NCBI GenBank assembly: GCA_965112735.1
Contig: OZ218954.1
Coordinates: 2,480,001 to 2,544,000 of the forward strand
DNA from: Phaeosaccion multiseriatum
Taxonomy: Eukaryota; Protista; Ochrophyta, other classes
DNA: 64,000 nt
Direction of reading: 5' to 3'
The notes beneath the pieces are model-generated. The model was not told where the DNA came from and did not search any database. It saw only the letters and a list, made by a program, of their open reading frames with translations. Below, in pieces: positions 1 through 13,184 of this stretch. A program made the translations under genes and the position numbers. Every line of letters begins with the position of its first letter. The stretch's first letter is position 1.

Positions 1-280
1 CCGTCCCAGGAAGGCGCGCTCTCGCTCCGAGAGCCACATCTGGTGGCTGTAGTTGATGAGCGACGGAGAAGGAGAGCATCCTTAATCTATGGTTGTCTAA
101 AAGTAACGTCTCACCGCCCCGGGGAACTTAGCCACCGAGGTCGTATCCCTCCGACTCGTCAGTCCTCCCCATCGGAACAAAGTTGATACCAGCCAGGATC
201 CTGTGTCGAATCGATCGTTCGTGTCGGGCCCGCTGGAGCGCCACGGCTCACACGGCCAATTGTGGGCCCCAAATACAAAT

Positions 281-816
281 TCGACCCCTGACACGCTATC
301 GCCCACTTTGGAGCCGGCTGGCCCAGGAATGACGCAAACAGCCCTTCGGCCCCATGCACGCCTAGCCGTTTTGCTCTAGGCCGCTCACTTTTCAGTCCTA
401 GGCGGCCTATATAGCCGCCTCTAGGCAGCCTCCCAGTGACCGTGGGCGCGTGCGTGGTGCCGCCCAGCCAGTGGGTAGCAGCACACCTGTAGGCCTGCAC
501 TCCTCGTAGGGCCAGCGAGGCGGAAGAGACAACACGAACCAAGTCTACTCCTCACTTCCAATCCCATGCAATGAAACTGACTACTCTTTGCACTCTGGGC
601 ACTCCCACCGTCCGCCTAGTTGGCTGGGGTCTGCCCTAGGCCGCGCGGGCCTCCGGCCCGCCTAGGCCGCCTAGGCGGCGGCATATAAATAGGCCGAGAG
701 CCTACGGCCCTCGCTAGGCCGGGCAATTTTCCCAAATAGGCCTAGGCCGCTGTGCGCGCGCGTGCATGGGGCCGAAGCTCTCGCATAACCTTCGAAGTTG
801 GTGATACGGTGGTCGA
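281..816. mobile_element. MITE family A (TCGACCCCTGAC terminus), right end degenerate; hosts a nested family-B MITE
   Basis: TCGACCCCTGACACGCTATCG at 281 is identical to the left end of the 28557 copy; only a weak GGTGGTCGA near 808-816 could be the right end. Confidence 0.55.
346..775. mobile_element. MITE family B (TIR TCGGCCCCATGCACGC), CCTAGG-rich
   Basis: TIRs at 346 and ending at 775; flanks AGCCCT/AGCTCT (5/6 TSD); interior closely matches the reverse complement of 5973-6437. Confidence 0.85.
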
Positions 817-888
817 TTTTTTTTTCCCTTTTGTCTCTCTTCCTCCCCTCTCTCATTTCTCCTCATCTCTCTGAACCAGGACCCTAAT

Positions 889-1946
889 ATGAAGAAGGAG
901 AAGGAAACCCATGCCCTGCTTGAAGGGCTCGTGCGGGATAGGCGCCTAGAAGCCGCTCTGCAGTTGTGCGAAGAAGAGGAAATTCGTTCGGAAGGAGGGG
1001 AGACGGAAGTGTTTTTCAGCATGCAGGTGCGCGGCACAGTAGGGGCTTGGCTATGGATGTTGCTTTCAGCAAGCAGCATGGAAGGGCGGAGTGTGTTGAG
1101 GGTGCCCTTGGCTTTGTGCAGGGGCCGAGGACGGCTATGTGCTTACCTTTTTCGCAACTCGTGTCCCGTCTCCCCCCAGATGTGCCTCTACCTAATCACC
1201 GAGGACTTGGACAATGCCAGATTCTTGTGGAAGCGTATACCCCCTTTGTTTAAAAGCGAAGAGGGGGATGCCTTTGCTCTGTGGGAGGTGGGGAAAGCGC
1301 TGTGGCGGAGGTAAGTAAAGTACATCAATTTGGGGGGGGGGGGCGAAAAGGGATAGAGACTCATGTTTAGTCCACCACGTCTCCTCTCTTTGGGGCTAGG
1401 TCTGCACCTGATGCGTACGCATGCTTGAGGCGGCGACCCCAGTGGTCTCCTGGCGTCGATTCCCTCGTCGCTGTCCTCGCGGAGAGGCTGACCGAGCGCC
1501 AGGTTCGTTGTCGTCCAGTCTTTTCTTTGTGTCTAGTCACATCCTAAACTCGAGCTCCTCCACGACTGCAGCGCTCCTTAATGGCGAAGGCCTACACGGC
1601 GGTCCCACTTGACGCAGCTGCGGCCAGGCTTGGCATGACAACTGCCCAGGCCAAAGCGTACTTGGAGACACACGTGAGTAGTTTTGTAGTAAGTGGTGGT
1701 GGGTTCCCATGTTGGTAATGGTCCGTCTGTGTTTTTTTACTGTCTCTTTTGTACGTGTAGGGGTGGACACTTGCAGCCGAGGACGGTGCTGCAGCTTTGG
1801 CGTGCCCGCCGTCTCTGAGCGGGAGTGGCGGCCTTGTTGGACCGGACGAAAGGCGCCTTCAAGCGCTGCCATTGGGTGACGAGCAGCTCATTAAGATGTC
1901 GGAGTACATCACTTTCCTGGAGGGATCCAGGCAAGGTGTGCGATAA
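889..1946 (+). CDS. CSN8: COP9 signalosome subunit 8 (multi-exon)
   Basis: LYLITEDLDNARFLWKRIP...LWEVGKALWRR, LMAKAYTAV and C-terminal EQLIKMSEYITFLE match CSN8 motifs; GT-AG introns; stop TAA 1944-1946. Confidence 0.8.
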
Positions 1947-1995
1947 GGACACTGTATTAATGGAGAACAAAAGCGTGGAGGAAAGAGAGCGATTG

Positions 1996-2243
1996 TCGAC
2001 CCCTGACGTGCTATCCGCTATGCCGGCGCCAGCCGGCACCCGATAGCATGCTATCTGCTATCGCCCGCGCAGCCGGCGTGCTATCTGCCAACGCCGGCGC
2101 CAACCGGCGTGCTATCTGCTATCGCCAACGTCAGCCGGCTTTGGGGGGGGGGGGGTGTTGTGGGGGTGTGCTATGTGCTATCGGACCCTCAGGCTCCGAT
2201 AGCATGTTATCGAGAATGTGGGCGACAGCACGTCAGGGGTCGA
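1996..2243. mobile_element. MITE family A
   Basis: TIR TCGACCCCTGACGTGCT / AGCACGTCAGGGGTCGA; internal GCTATC repeats; flanks CGATTG/CGGTAG (4/6). Confidence 0.85.
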
Positions 2244-2730
2244 CGGTAGGGCAAGGGCCCGCTGCTGCTGCTGGTCCTGCTGCTGGTGGTGGTGATGGTG
2301 ATGGTGCTGCTTGTGCTCACTCACCTCGCACGGGAAAGAAGTACAGCACTGGCCCTATTCGGAAGAGGATGTGTGGCGCCACAAGAGGTAGGCCCCGGAA
2401 GCTAGCGTTGAGTTCTTTCGGGTGAGGAAGGCGAGCGTGTCTAGCGAAAGGCTTGCTTCAGGGGAACCCGGACGTGACGGTAGCCCAGGGGCTGGAGCAT
2501 GGTGCCTGTGGACGCATGCACATACACGCAAACACACACACACACACACAACCAGCGCACACACGTCCGCTCACAGTGGTCTCTTTCAGAAGAAAAAAAT
2601 AAAAATTGGCTCCCGCCAAAAAAGATACCCCCCGGGAAATGACATCATGAAAATGAATAAACAAAACACGTTTTCGCTCTTTGGATTAGACAATATCACA
2701 CAGCTTGTTGTTAGGACATCAATACAAGCC

Positions 2731-5700
2731 ATGGAGGTAGTACACGACAAGGTGGACCTGCCTAACGTGCAGAGCAGCAAGCCCGAGCAGGTGGACCCAT
2801 CGGTGGACCACATCAAAGGGTCGAACTACTACAAGCCGGGCTACTACCCGCCCGATGAGGTGGTGAAGGAAGTGGATTCGCGAGACAAGGTACGGGGGGC
2901 TCGGTGTCGGCACTGATTCAAGAAAAGACGTTAAATTCAGCGTTAGAGTCTCTAATCGTTTCGTGGGCTCTCTACTTTGGATATCTGCCTCTGCGAAGGG
3001 CACTCCTGACGAGTGGATTCCGCGCCACCCGGAGCTCGTACGACTGACTGGACGCCACCCCTTCAATGTGGAGCCTCCTATTGTGAGGGAGTTTGACCAT
3101 GGCTTCATTTCACCGACGAGGTGAGCGGATGGCGTGCAGGCTGGTTTATGTGAGCATTTTTCTCTCGAAGAAAATTCCGCGTTTTCACACTGCTTTCGCG
3201 ACTTGTGCCTGCCCAATCCTACGCTGCAGCCTGCACTACGTGAGGAACCATGGCGCTGTGCCCACGAACCTCGACTGGGACACCCACGTCATTAAGATTG
3301 GAGGGCTTGTGGACCGGCCCATGGAGATGACAATGGCTCAGCTCACGGGAGGCGACTTTGAGATTGTCACGCTGCCCGTCACACTGGTCTGTGCGGGCAA
3401 CCGCCGCAAGGAGGAGAACGTGGTCAAGCAGGTGAGCCATCATTAATTATGGAGCTGCCTGTGACCATCTCTCTCTTTTGGTGTGACGTACTCATTTCCC
3501 GAACGTGCGTGTGCTCGCAGGGCCTTGGGTTTTCGTGGGGACCTGCTGCCGTGTCCACATCACTGTGGACGGGAGTCTGGCTCAAGGATATCCTCAAGCA
3601 CGTGGGCATCAAGAGCATCGAGGACGGGGCGAATCACGTCTGCCTGGTGGGCACAGAGAAGCTGCCTGGGGGGTTGTATGGCACCAGTATTCGCAGGGAG
3701 GTGGCGTTGAGCGAAAGGGACGATGTTCTCATCGCGTTTGAGCAAAACGGCAAGCGTCTCACGCCGGACCACGGCTACCCTGTGCGTGTAATCATTCCTG
3801 GTTACATTGGGGGCCGGATGATCAAGTGGCTGGCAGACATTACGGTGACGGCCGAGGAGAGCGACAACTACTACCACTACTTTGACAATCGCGTGCTTCC
3901 CCCTCAAGTGGATGCCGAAAGGGCACTGTCGGAAGGCTGGTGGTACAAGCCCCAGTACATTATCAACGAGCTCAACGTCAACAGTGCGACAGTGTACCCG
4001 GCCCATAATGAGGTGTTGCCAATCGCCAAGGCGCAGACGTACACGATCAAGGGCTATTGCTACGGAGGCGGGGGCATCGCCATCACACGCATGGAAGTCT
4101 CCTTTGACGACGGGGACACGTGGGAGCTCTGCGACCTCATGGTGAGTGTACATGTTAGTATTTACTGCGCCTTGTGGCTTTTTTTAGATGCCTTGTAGCT
4201 GTACCCTCAACGCTGCCGCTGTTGCTGCCACAACTTCTCGTTGCCCGACCAGACAACGGAGAAGCCGAGACCAACGGGCAAGCACTGGTGCTGGGTGTTC
4301 TGGCAGTACGAGGTGGACGTCGTCAGGCTCCTGAATTGCAAGGAGATCTTGTGTCGCGGGTGGCAAGGGCAAAACACGCAGCCCAACAAGTTGACCTGGA
4401 ATCTGTTGGGTATGATGAACAACAGCTGCTTCCGTGTGAAGATCCACCCTCACCGTGTTGAAGAGACGGGGGAGATGGCTCTCAAGTTTGAGCATCCCAC
4501 CCAGCCAGGCGCACAGCCTGGAGGATGGATGCTCAGGAAGTATCCTCAACAGGCGGTGGCGACAGTAAAGAAGGAGGTGGCAAAGACTGGAAAGACATTC
4601 ACACTGGAGGATGTTGCCAAGCACGACAAGGACGACGACTGCTGGATCGTCGTGGAGGGGAAGGTGTACGATGTGACCAAGTTCTTGGATGATCACCCGG
4701 GTGGAAAGACGAGGTAAGCTCGCGTGCCGCTGAAAAGAGGGTTTTACCACAAGCAACAACCGCTCACCTCTGTCGTCTTTTCTGCCCCCCCCCCCCCTCC
4801 CCAAATGACCCTGATATGTGCAGTATCACCATGACCTCGGGGGAGGACAGCACGGACGAGTTCAACGCTTTGCACAGCGAGAAGGCCAGAGATATGTTGG
4901 CAGATTACCTCGTCGGTGATGTCGTAGCCTCGGACAAGCCTGCGACAGAGGCTGCTGTCGAAGCGGAGGACACGGCCTCTAACGGCGTCAAAGTGACACT
5001 GCAGGGAAAGAAGAAAGTTGCCTTGAAGCTCAAGGAGAGAGAGGAGCTCACGCACAACTCTCGGCGCTTCCGATTCGCGCTGCCCTCCGAGGAGCACTTG
5101 CTGGGGTTGCCTGTTGGGAAGCATTTCTTCGTCTCGGGAACGTGGAAGGGAGAGCATGTTATTCGGGCCTACACGCCGACGACTGGCGACGAGGTTGCTG
5201 GGTACGTAGACCTTGTCATCAAGGTCTACAATCCATGCGAGCGCTTTCCCGAGGGTGGCAAGATGAGCCAGCTCTTAGACAGCTTGGCAATTGGAGACAC
5301 CATTGATGTGAAGGGTCCCCTGGGCGAGATTGAGTACCATGGGGACAGCAAGTGGACCATCCACGAGGAGGCACGCACCGCGGACAAGATTGCAATGCTG
5401 GCGGGCGGCACCGGGATCACACCCATGTATCAGGTGGCCAAGGAGAGCCTAGCCAACGCTGCGGACAGCACCCAGTTTTGGCTCGTGTACGCGAATGTCA
5501 GCGAGGACGACATTTTGCTCAAGGATGAGCTGGACGCCTTGGCCAAAGCCCACCCCGATCGATTTAGGGTATGGTACACTGTGGACACGGTTGTCAGGCC
5601 CGACGAGTGGAAGTGCAGCTCCGGGTACATTGACGAGCAGATGCTGCGCGATCACCTCCCTCCTCCCGGCGAGCATACGGTGGCGCTCATGTGCGGCCCC

Positions 5701-5778
5701 CCACCTATGCTCAAGTATGCGTGCACTCCCAACCTCGAGAAGCTGGGATACATGGACACGCACGTGTTCAAATTCTAA
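2731..5778 (+). CDS. NR: NAD(P)H nitrate reductase (Moco, dimerisation, cytochrome b5, FAD and NADH domains; 5 introns)
   Basis: [101 protein letters not shown]. Confidence 0.97.
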
Positions 5779-5949
5779 GTGCGCGAGAGAAGCTGTCATC
5801 GAGCAGTGGGCGGCCCAGGGTCGCTACCTAGCATTGGTACTTACCCCTCGTTCTTGCTTCTCTGCAAAAATGAGCGTCGCTGCTTTTTGTAATAATGTTA
5901 CGCCACAAGATACTAATATGCTGATTGAGCCCTGAGCCCTCTGCGGTGA

Positions 5950-6554
5950 ACGACCCCTGACGTGCTACCAACTCGGCCCCCATGCACGCCTAGCGGCCTA
6001 CGGCCTATTTGGGAAAATTGCCCGGCCTAGCGAGGGCCGTAGGCACTTGGGCCTATTTATATGCCGCCGCCTAGGCGGCCTAGGGCAGACGCCAGCCAAC
6101 TAGGTGGACGGTGGGAGTGCCCAGAGTGCAAAGAGTAGTCAGTTTCATTGCATGGGATTGGAGGTGAGGAGTAGACTTGGTTCGTGTTGTCTCTTCCGCC
6201 TCGCTGGCCCTGCGAGGAGTGCAGACCTACAGGTGTGCTGCTAACCACTGGCTGGGCGGCACCACGCACGCGCCCACGGTCACTGGGAGGCTGCCTAGAG
6301 GCGGGCTATATAGGCCGCCTAGGACTGAAAAGTGAGCAGCCTAGAGCGGCCGGAGGCCGCCGGCCTAGGCCTAGATCGGCCGAAGGCCGAGCGGCCTAGC
6401 GGCCTAGAGCAAAACCGCTAGGCGTGCATGGGGCCGATACCAACGCATTCTCGGTAGCACATGGCAGGTAGCACGCCGGCTGGCACCGGCGGTTAGCAAG
6501 TAGCACACCGGAAGAGGCGGGGGGAAGAGGAAGAGAAAGCACTTCAGGGGTCGA
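5950..6554. mobile_element. MITE family A hosting a nested family-B MITE
   Basis: ACGACCCCTGACGTGCTAC at 5950; AGCACTTCAGGGGTCGA ending 6554; GTAGCAC repeats in the right arm. Confidence 0.75.
5973..6437. mobile_element. MITE family B, inverted relative to 346-775
   Basis: TIRs TCGGCCCCCATGCACGCC / GGCGTGCATGGGGCCGA; perfect 7-bp TSD TACCAAC at 5966-5972 and 6438-6444. Confidence 0.9.
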
Positions 6555-6588
6555 CGACCAGCACCCTAAGTTGGAGGAAAGACGATGG

Positions 6589-6619
<31 letters not shown>

Positions 6620-6671
6620 TCACAGACCAAACGCGTTGGTTCTTCAACAGGGAGGGAGGACGCCCTTGTAG

Positions 6672-7827
6672 ATGCAGGTTCTCTCCCTTCTGTGGCTGCT
6701 CCTGCTTGCTCTGCGTGTGCGGGCAAGTAAAAATGGAGGCACATCCCCTGGGACGTTTGGTTTGTTTCATAGAAGGAGGGCTGGGGAGGCGGGGAAAGGA
6801 GTCGCGTGTTGGCACATGACGGGGCGTCTGTCCAATCCCTACACGGGGGAAATCATTGCTCGCGTGGAGGGGGTGGAGCTGTGCCGAAGTCTGGGATGCG
6901 GCGTGGGATCGGGGTGTGCAGAGGGGAAGTGGGCGGGAAAGCTCCGGGCTGCAGACGCAGTCAAGACTGGAGGTGCTGCGGAAGACGGAGAAGCTGCGGT
7001 AATAGGGTTTGCATCAGCCATTAGTCACAAGTTCTTCGTTTTCCTGAACCCCACGACTGGGAAGGCTTTGGAGTGGTTAAAGCTCAGCTCTGTGAGCAAA
7101 CGCAAACCCGTGGCTCCTTTTTCGGCCTCTGGACAGGTAAGCCCTCGAAGAAACGTCTTGTTGCGCGCGACAACCTATTGATTTGTTCTCTCTTGCATTT
7201 GTTGGGGCGGGGCGAAGATTGTGTCTCACGCCTTGCACTCGAGCGGAGCCATGACTGCGTATAGCGAGAGTCGCCAGAGTGAGGTCGCAAGTTCAACCAC
7301 ATTGAACACGGACTCTGTTCGTCAAACTACAAGCGCGGGGCCGATGTCCAGCCTTGTTTCGAAGTTCAAGCCGAGCCGGAGGGTGTTTACGCTGGACTTT
7401 TTCGTCAAGAGCGCCAGGTTGCAGAAGGAGGAGGGCGACTTCAGCGCGGCGGCCAAGAGAGATTCCCAACAAAAGAGGAAGCGGACGAAATGGTACGTGA
7501 GCCAGTGAGCCAGCCGAACCTCCTCCTCCTCCCCTTCCAATCATCATCCTCCTCCTCCTCTTCTTCTTCTTCTTCTTCTTCTTCTTCTTCTTCTTCTTCT
7601 TCTTCTTCCTCCTCCTCCTCCTCCTCCTCCTTTCGCTCTTCCAATCATTATCCTTCTCTCCTCCTCCCCTCCTTCCCCTCCACCTCCTTCTCCTCCTCCT
7701 CTTCCTCTTCTCCTCCGCTTTTGGTCCCTGCCCTGCCACTGCAGTCCGCTCATCGGTCTCTTCCCTCTTCACCCTTGTCCTCGTCTATCCGATGTCGTTC
7801 GTTTGTCGTTCCGTCTCTCCTCTCTCT

Positions 7828-7873
<46 letters not shown>

Positions 7874-8265
7874 CTATGGTATTGGCATTGTCATGGTCGT
7901 CGGCCTCTGCTTCCCCCCCCTCCTCTGCTTCCAGGCTTGCGTTCGGCCCTTCCGCTCCTCCAGACTATGGGTGTAAAGAGAGCTACAGCTACGTTGATGA
8001 CACCTTGATGACGTACTCGCGGTACGGGGAGTGTCCCGCCTGGTATGGGCCTGGTAAGATGTGTTCGCTAGACTTGACAGGTCGTCGCGTTGAGTCGTTC
8101 GACGGACTCCCGGATCACTTGCGCGCCATGATTGCGCAAGTCGTTCCAACATTCTCTGACCTGGCAGAGTCAGTGGAAGCTTTTAGGGCGCAAGGGGCGG
8201 AGGCACTGCAGATACTGTTCTCTCCTCCAAGGGAGGCTTGGTGGAAGATTTGGAAACTGCCCTAA
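6672..8265 (+). CDS. hypothetical protein with N-terminal signal peptide (3 exons)
   Basis: Hydrophobic N-terminus MQVLSLLWLLLLALRVRA; ORF pieces 6672-7181, 7221-7508 and 7792-8265 bounded by plausible GT/AG sites. Confidence 0.6.
7518..7930. repeat. intronic (CTT)n/(CCT)n/(CT)n pyrimidine microsatellites
   Basis: Directly visible runs. Confidence 0.9.
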
Positions 8266-8743
8266 TTTCCCCGCATGTTCTCGGGAAGAATCACGCGGAA
8301 GGTGAGGAAGCTTCGTTATGTGCCCGCGAAAGGTCTCTCGCCTCATTGGCCCACCACCCACCTGTCCTCCCCTCAATCGAGAAAGGCACCTCCATGTGAT
8401 ACTCTCTGCACCAGTGCCACCTCCGGGGCATATCAGCTGAGACAAGACGAGCTTCCCCAAGCTCTATGCTCCGAAACTGGGTCGAGCAGGCACGGGAGTG
8501 TGTATGTGTGTATGTTCGGAGCCATCATCGACGGGGTACAGGCCGTTCAGAAGCCGCAACGGCGACCACGATACCTGGCATAGCTGAGCAGTGTCCTCGC
8601 TCCCTCTCCAAACCATTGTCAACGGACAAAGCCAGCCATGCACGCCGGCTCCTGCCTACGCCACCTGCTCTGGTCGAGCTTGCCTTCTCCAACACGCTGG
8701 GCACATACTATCCTAAAAGTTGTAATGTATTTACACTTATCTA

Positions 8744-11700
8744 CTATCTTCCTTTCTCCTCATCGTCACTAAGTAAGACCTTTGTGATGTCCTTTTCTAT
8801 TGTTCGGCTCCTGTCTTGGAGCGCGTAAATCTTGTTGCGGAGAGGAACGATCTTGGAGTACATAAACTTGAGCTTGCAGTACAGGCGGGCCTCGCTGGGT
8901 TCCCACTTGTTTTCAATCTTTCGCTGCATGGTGAGCGGATAATCGTGCTCCAGCTGATCTGCAAGATCCCGGAGCGGAATGCGGCAGCACCCAATCCTTT
9001 TCGGGGCGGGTGACCGGACTGTAATGTCGAATACCACTTCAGCGTCTTGTGTCCGGACTGGAGCCATGACGAAAACTTGATTGAACTCCATGGCAGCGCC
9101 TTCGTCCCTCTTTCCCTTAATGCCTGCTAAAGAAGCGCCACCACCCGCAACCCCGACTCCTCTCCGTCTTGCGCCGTGGGCAGGCCGAGAAGCTTGTGGA
9201 GCCGGACCGGGTGGTACTTTGTCGCCCTGCTTGGTGCAGCGCAAGGACATAATAACACTCGTCGCGCTGGGATCCTCTTGCAGGCCCTCGAGGCGGATAA
9301 GCTTGATATTCAGGCACCCCAAGGGAAGGCCGTGCTTTGTCTCGCCAATTTGCGTTTGGTCGTTGAACGTCTCATTCTGGTAGGCTGCTTGCAATTGCTC
9401 CTTTGCCACTTTCAGAGCACGCGATACCTCCCGTAGCTCTGCGCGCAATTTGCTCACTGCTGCTGATGTCTCCTTTCGATATACTCGCTTCTGCTTGCTC
9501 ACAAACTTCAGTCCGTCGATATCCAAGTTGCCTTGATTGTCGCCCCCCCCAGCCCCCTCTCCCACGTTTCTCTCTCTGTCGTCGTCTCGGACGAAGCCGT
9601 GCTTGTGCTTCTGCACGATAAAACGGTGGCGTTCGATCACCGTACGAAGCCAGTCTGGCTCGTCACTTACGCAAAGGTGCAGTATGACCTTCAGCCCAAG
9701 CAGGGCATGTTCGAGGATGAGCCAGGTCAGAAACTTGGTTTCCAGACCCTTGTCCATCAACGTCCCGCTCGTGAAGCAAATAATGGCAGTATTGCTGAAC
9801 ACAGAGAGGTAGCCCATCGCCTCGGACAAATTGCTCCACATGCCCTATCAAGTGTGGCAAAGAACACGGGAAGGACACGGTCGCAATTACAAGTGCATCC
9901 TCTTCGTTGGGGGGAAGGGAAAATGGACGCCTGGAACTCCCATCAATCAGTCCACAGACACCGAAAACGACACCCCCTGACTACTTACCACGTCCTCTGC
10001 TTGCTCCGGGTATGGCCTGCGCAGCAAGCTCACAAGCTTGAAGCTGTCCACACGAATCTGCAACAGAATTTCTAGCATGGCCAGAAACACCACAGCCGGA
10101 AAACCTGCCACAAACATGGTCACATATCCGTACTGGAGCACGATGGCGGCATAGTCGTCAAAGGTCCCCTCGTAAGGGGGCTTGATGAGCTCGGACTCAA
10201 ACGCCTCCTCCTCCATAGCGACGCCTTGCTCCTCAGTGAGCCCGCTGCTAGCATCCTTCTCCTTCTCTTCCTGGCGTTCCTTCTCCTTCGCCGTCGCTTT
10301 CCAGGATGCCAAGGCATACGGGTGCCCCAGTTCCACGGCCGTCATGAGGAAGCGAACAATGAAGATGCTGAGGAGCAGTTCTCGCAGCTCATGGACACAG
10401 CTAGGTGAGCAGCCGTAGAGGGAGCCTTTGATGAAGCAATTGTAGAACAAAGCCGCGTAGTTGTTGAACATTTGAAACAAAAAAGTCTTGAAGATGAGGT
10501 TGTCCTCGTAAGAAGTCTCCGTCTGGTAATTCTCCAGCTCGTTGAGGTGGCGAACGCCGTGGGAATAAAACCAGCTCAGGACCTGAATTTGCACACTTGA
10601 CAGAACGCTATAATACAACGCACAGCAACAGGGGCGAGGTGGGTTTGGGGTATGTTGGAGGCATTTTATTTTGAGGGAAACGATGGCAACAAGGGCAAAA
10701 CTAAATCACCGCCTACCTTCCTGCCGTGCTTCCCCAGCTGTAGCCCTTCACGTCTTCTAGATAGTACTCCAACCATTCGACGAACTGGACAGCACCACAG
10801 AGCGCCACGATAAAAGTGACGATGAAGAAGAGACCAAGAGCTTGCCGGACCTATGCATGTGTTGGGGGGGCGAGGGGGGGGGGGACATGGAAAATGAGAA
10901 CAAATGTAAAACGTACCACTTCCTCTTGCGTTCATTCTCTCTCGCCATACCTGTCGCTTTTCGTCTGGGAAGAATGTCTCGTAAGTGTTTGTTACCGGGC
11001 TACGCCGCCTGCCTCCGTCGGGGGCATCTTTGTCTCCTCGGAAGGAAGGTCTGTCTTTCTCTACCTCCTCAAAGCCCACCGTACCCCACTTGACGGCCAC
11101 AACCTTCTCCTCTCGCTGCCACAGCTCCTTGTAAATGGTGTTCCACACAATAATCATAACAACCACTGCCACCTGCACAGGGTCCCAGCCGACCTCGTGA
11201 AAAGTCAAGCCGTTACTCCAAAAGTAAATCTCCGAGCCGATGCACAGCAGCGAAGGCACGATGAGTGCGTAACCATAGAAACCCAGCCAAGCAAAGTAGA
11301 ACGCTAGCTTCTCGCCAAAATAGTCGCGAACATCCTCGAGAGGCTGGCTGAAAGCGCGCAGGTACCACGACACGGCGACGCCCTCGTCCATCTCGCGCAT
11401 GCTGACCATGGGAGCACCCAAGCGGTCGGCTTCTTCTCTCCAGAAGAACACCCATCGCTTTTGTAGAACCTGTGGGCAACAAGGCACATAATTTACTCTG
11501 TCATGCTCCCGCACCTTTTGTATGGGACCGGACCGGACAAAGCTCGGTCAGCACTAACCTCTCTCGTAATCTTGTCTCCCCGATTGGCGTCGTGCAGGGC
11601 TGTGACGGACAGTACGACGCCCTTCTCTTGTAGAACTCCGAGGTCAAAGTACGAATCTATTATAGCTTTGGTAAGGATGAGGCGATCCTTGGCTCGAAAT

Positions 11701-13044
11701 AAGGTTCGTCCTCGGATGCTGGGGTACGTTTGGTAGAGATGACGCTCCTGTTCGGGGTTGAGGGCCGGGCGATTGGGATCCAGGGGAGGCAAAATGGCCA
11801 CGCACTCAACTCTAAAACATGCCTTTAGGCGTTTCTCACCTTGGGGTTCCGATTGAACTCCGCGTACGCGGGAAAGCGGTTCTGCACAGGCACTCTGTCA
11901 GCGATCCTCTCCAGGGTATGCACACGGCGAGACCATTCTTTCTGTGTCGCTTCGTCTGGAAATACCGCCAGGTCGGAAGGGGAGATCTTCTCTGCCTGAT
12001 AGAGCTTTTCCAACACCTGTTTTGTGTGTGTGTGTGGGGGGGGGGGGGGGATGAGACGATGTCTAAACGTCTCAACATTTGAGAGGCCAGAGATGGGCAC
12101 CCGATTGGATCAAGCGCCGCTGCAAGAACACACTTCAGACCAGAGAAGGACTACACACTAGCCTCTTATCCACACAACTTACTTCGTCGGCATCCTCCCG
12201 AGAGGTGTAGATCTTTTGCTCCTCTGCAATTTCCTCCTCTGACCAGAAGTCATAACCTGGGTCTACTTCCCCTCGAAACTGTTGGTTGCAGGCGGGGGGG
12301 ACGAGAAGATAAAAAAGCGTACACACCAGAGTGAGAGAGGGAGGCAATTTACAAAGGACAGACCAGAGGTAGAAAGAACAGGCTTCCCTGAAACCCAAGG
12401 ACACCATTTAGCCAGTCCCTACCTACCTGCAAACGATAATTGTCTCGGTCTGCCTGTCGCTCTAGAAGGCTCACGGGAGCCCGCACGCGGCAGAGGATAC
12501 CGGAGCCATCTCGCGATTGCGTAAGCTTCAGCTGAAGCCCAGACTGCGTATAAAGCGTTGTCTGGATGACCTCTCGGGCTAGCCGCAGCCACTCTACTCG
12601 ACTGATTTCCACGTCTCCCTCTTCAGCCCCGCCAAACTCGGCAGGTGTCCGAAAGCGAGCCTCAAATTCGCGTCGCAGCTTTTCCCTAGCAGAGTTCTTG
12701 ACAACCTCATCCCCAGGCACGACACTGTACCAAATGTCATCAATCTCACTGAGCTTCACGAAGTCTCCTTTAAAAGGGAGCTTCGCTACCCCCTCGACGC
12801 TGCCAACCTCTGCACCAGTCCCTCTCTTCACTTCTTGCGCATGCGGAAACTCAATGAGGTAGTCGTATCGATCCACAGTTTGGTCGATATCCGCGAAATC
12901 TGCGCCTGCCTCGTCTGCCTCATAGCTTCGGAGGTACCGCCTTTCTGCCCTCTCTGCAGAGCTCAGACAGGAGGCGCTTTTCAACGTAGGCTGCTCAAGC
13001 AGCTTTGCGCTCATGCTATCATCTTTGCCCTGAGAATTCCCCAT
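8744..13044 (-). CDS. anoctamin/TMEM16-family protein with C-terminal coiled coil and C2-like domain (multi-exon)
   Basis: QPLEDVRDYFGEKLAFYFAWLGFY, ENYQTETSYEDNLIFKTFLFQMFNNY, FDDYAAIVLQYGYVTMF, QIRVDSFKL, LILEH; C-terminal LNIKLIRLEGL...MEFNQVF...IGCCRIPLRDL; N-terminal MGNSQG. Confidence 0.92.
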
Positions 13045-13184
13045 CCCTCTTCGCTTTGGAGGAAGAGGGCACGGGGAGGCCCCTCTCTCCTTAGAGTGTC
13101 AAACGGTTACGAATTGGTTGTGCGGCGGATCACAGTTGGCATAAAATTGTGACCCCCTTTCTTCGACTTTCTTGGCACTTGGAT

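Noticed and set aside
8275-8740. Small ORFs between the hypothetical gene and anoctamin
   Set aside because: No motifs; region consistent with convergent 3' UTRs
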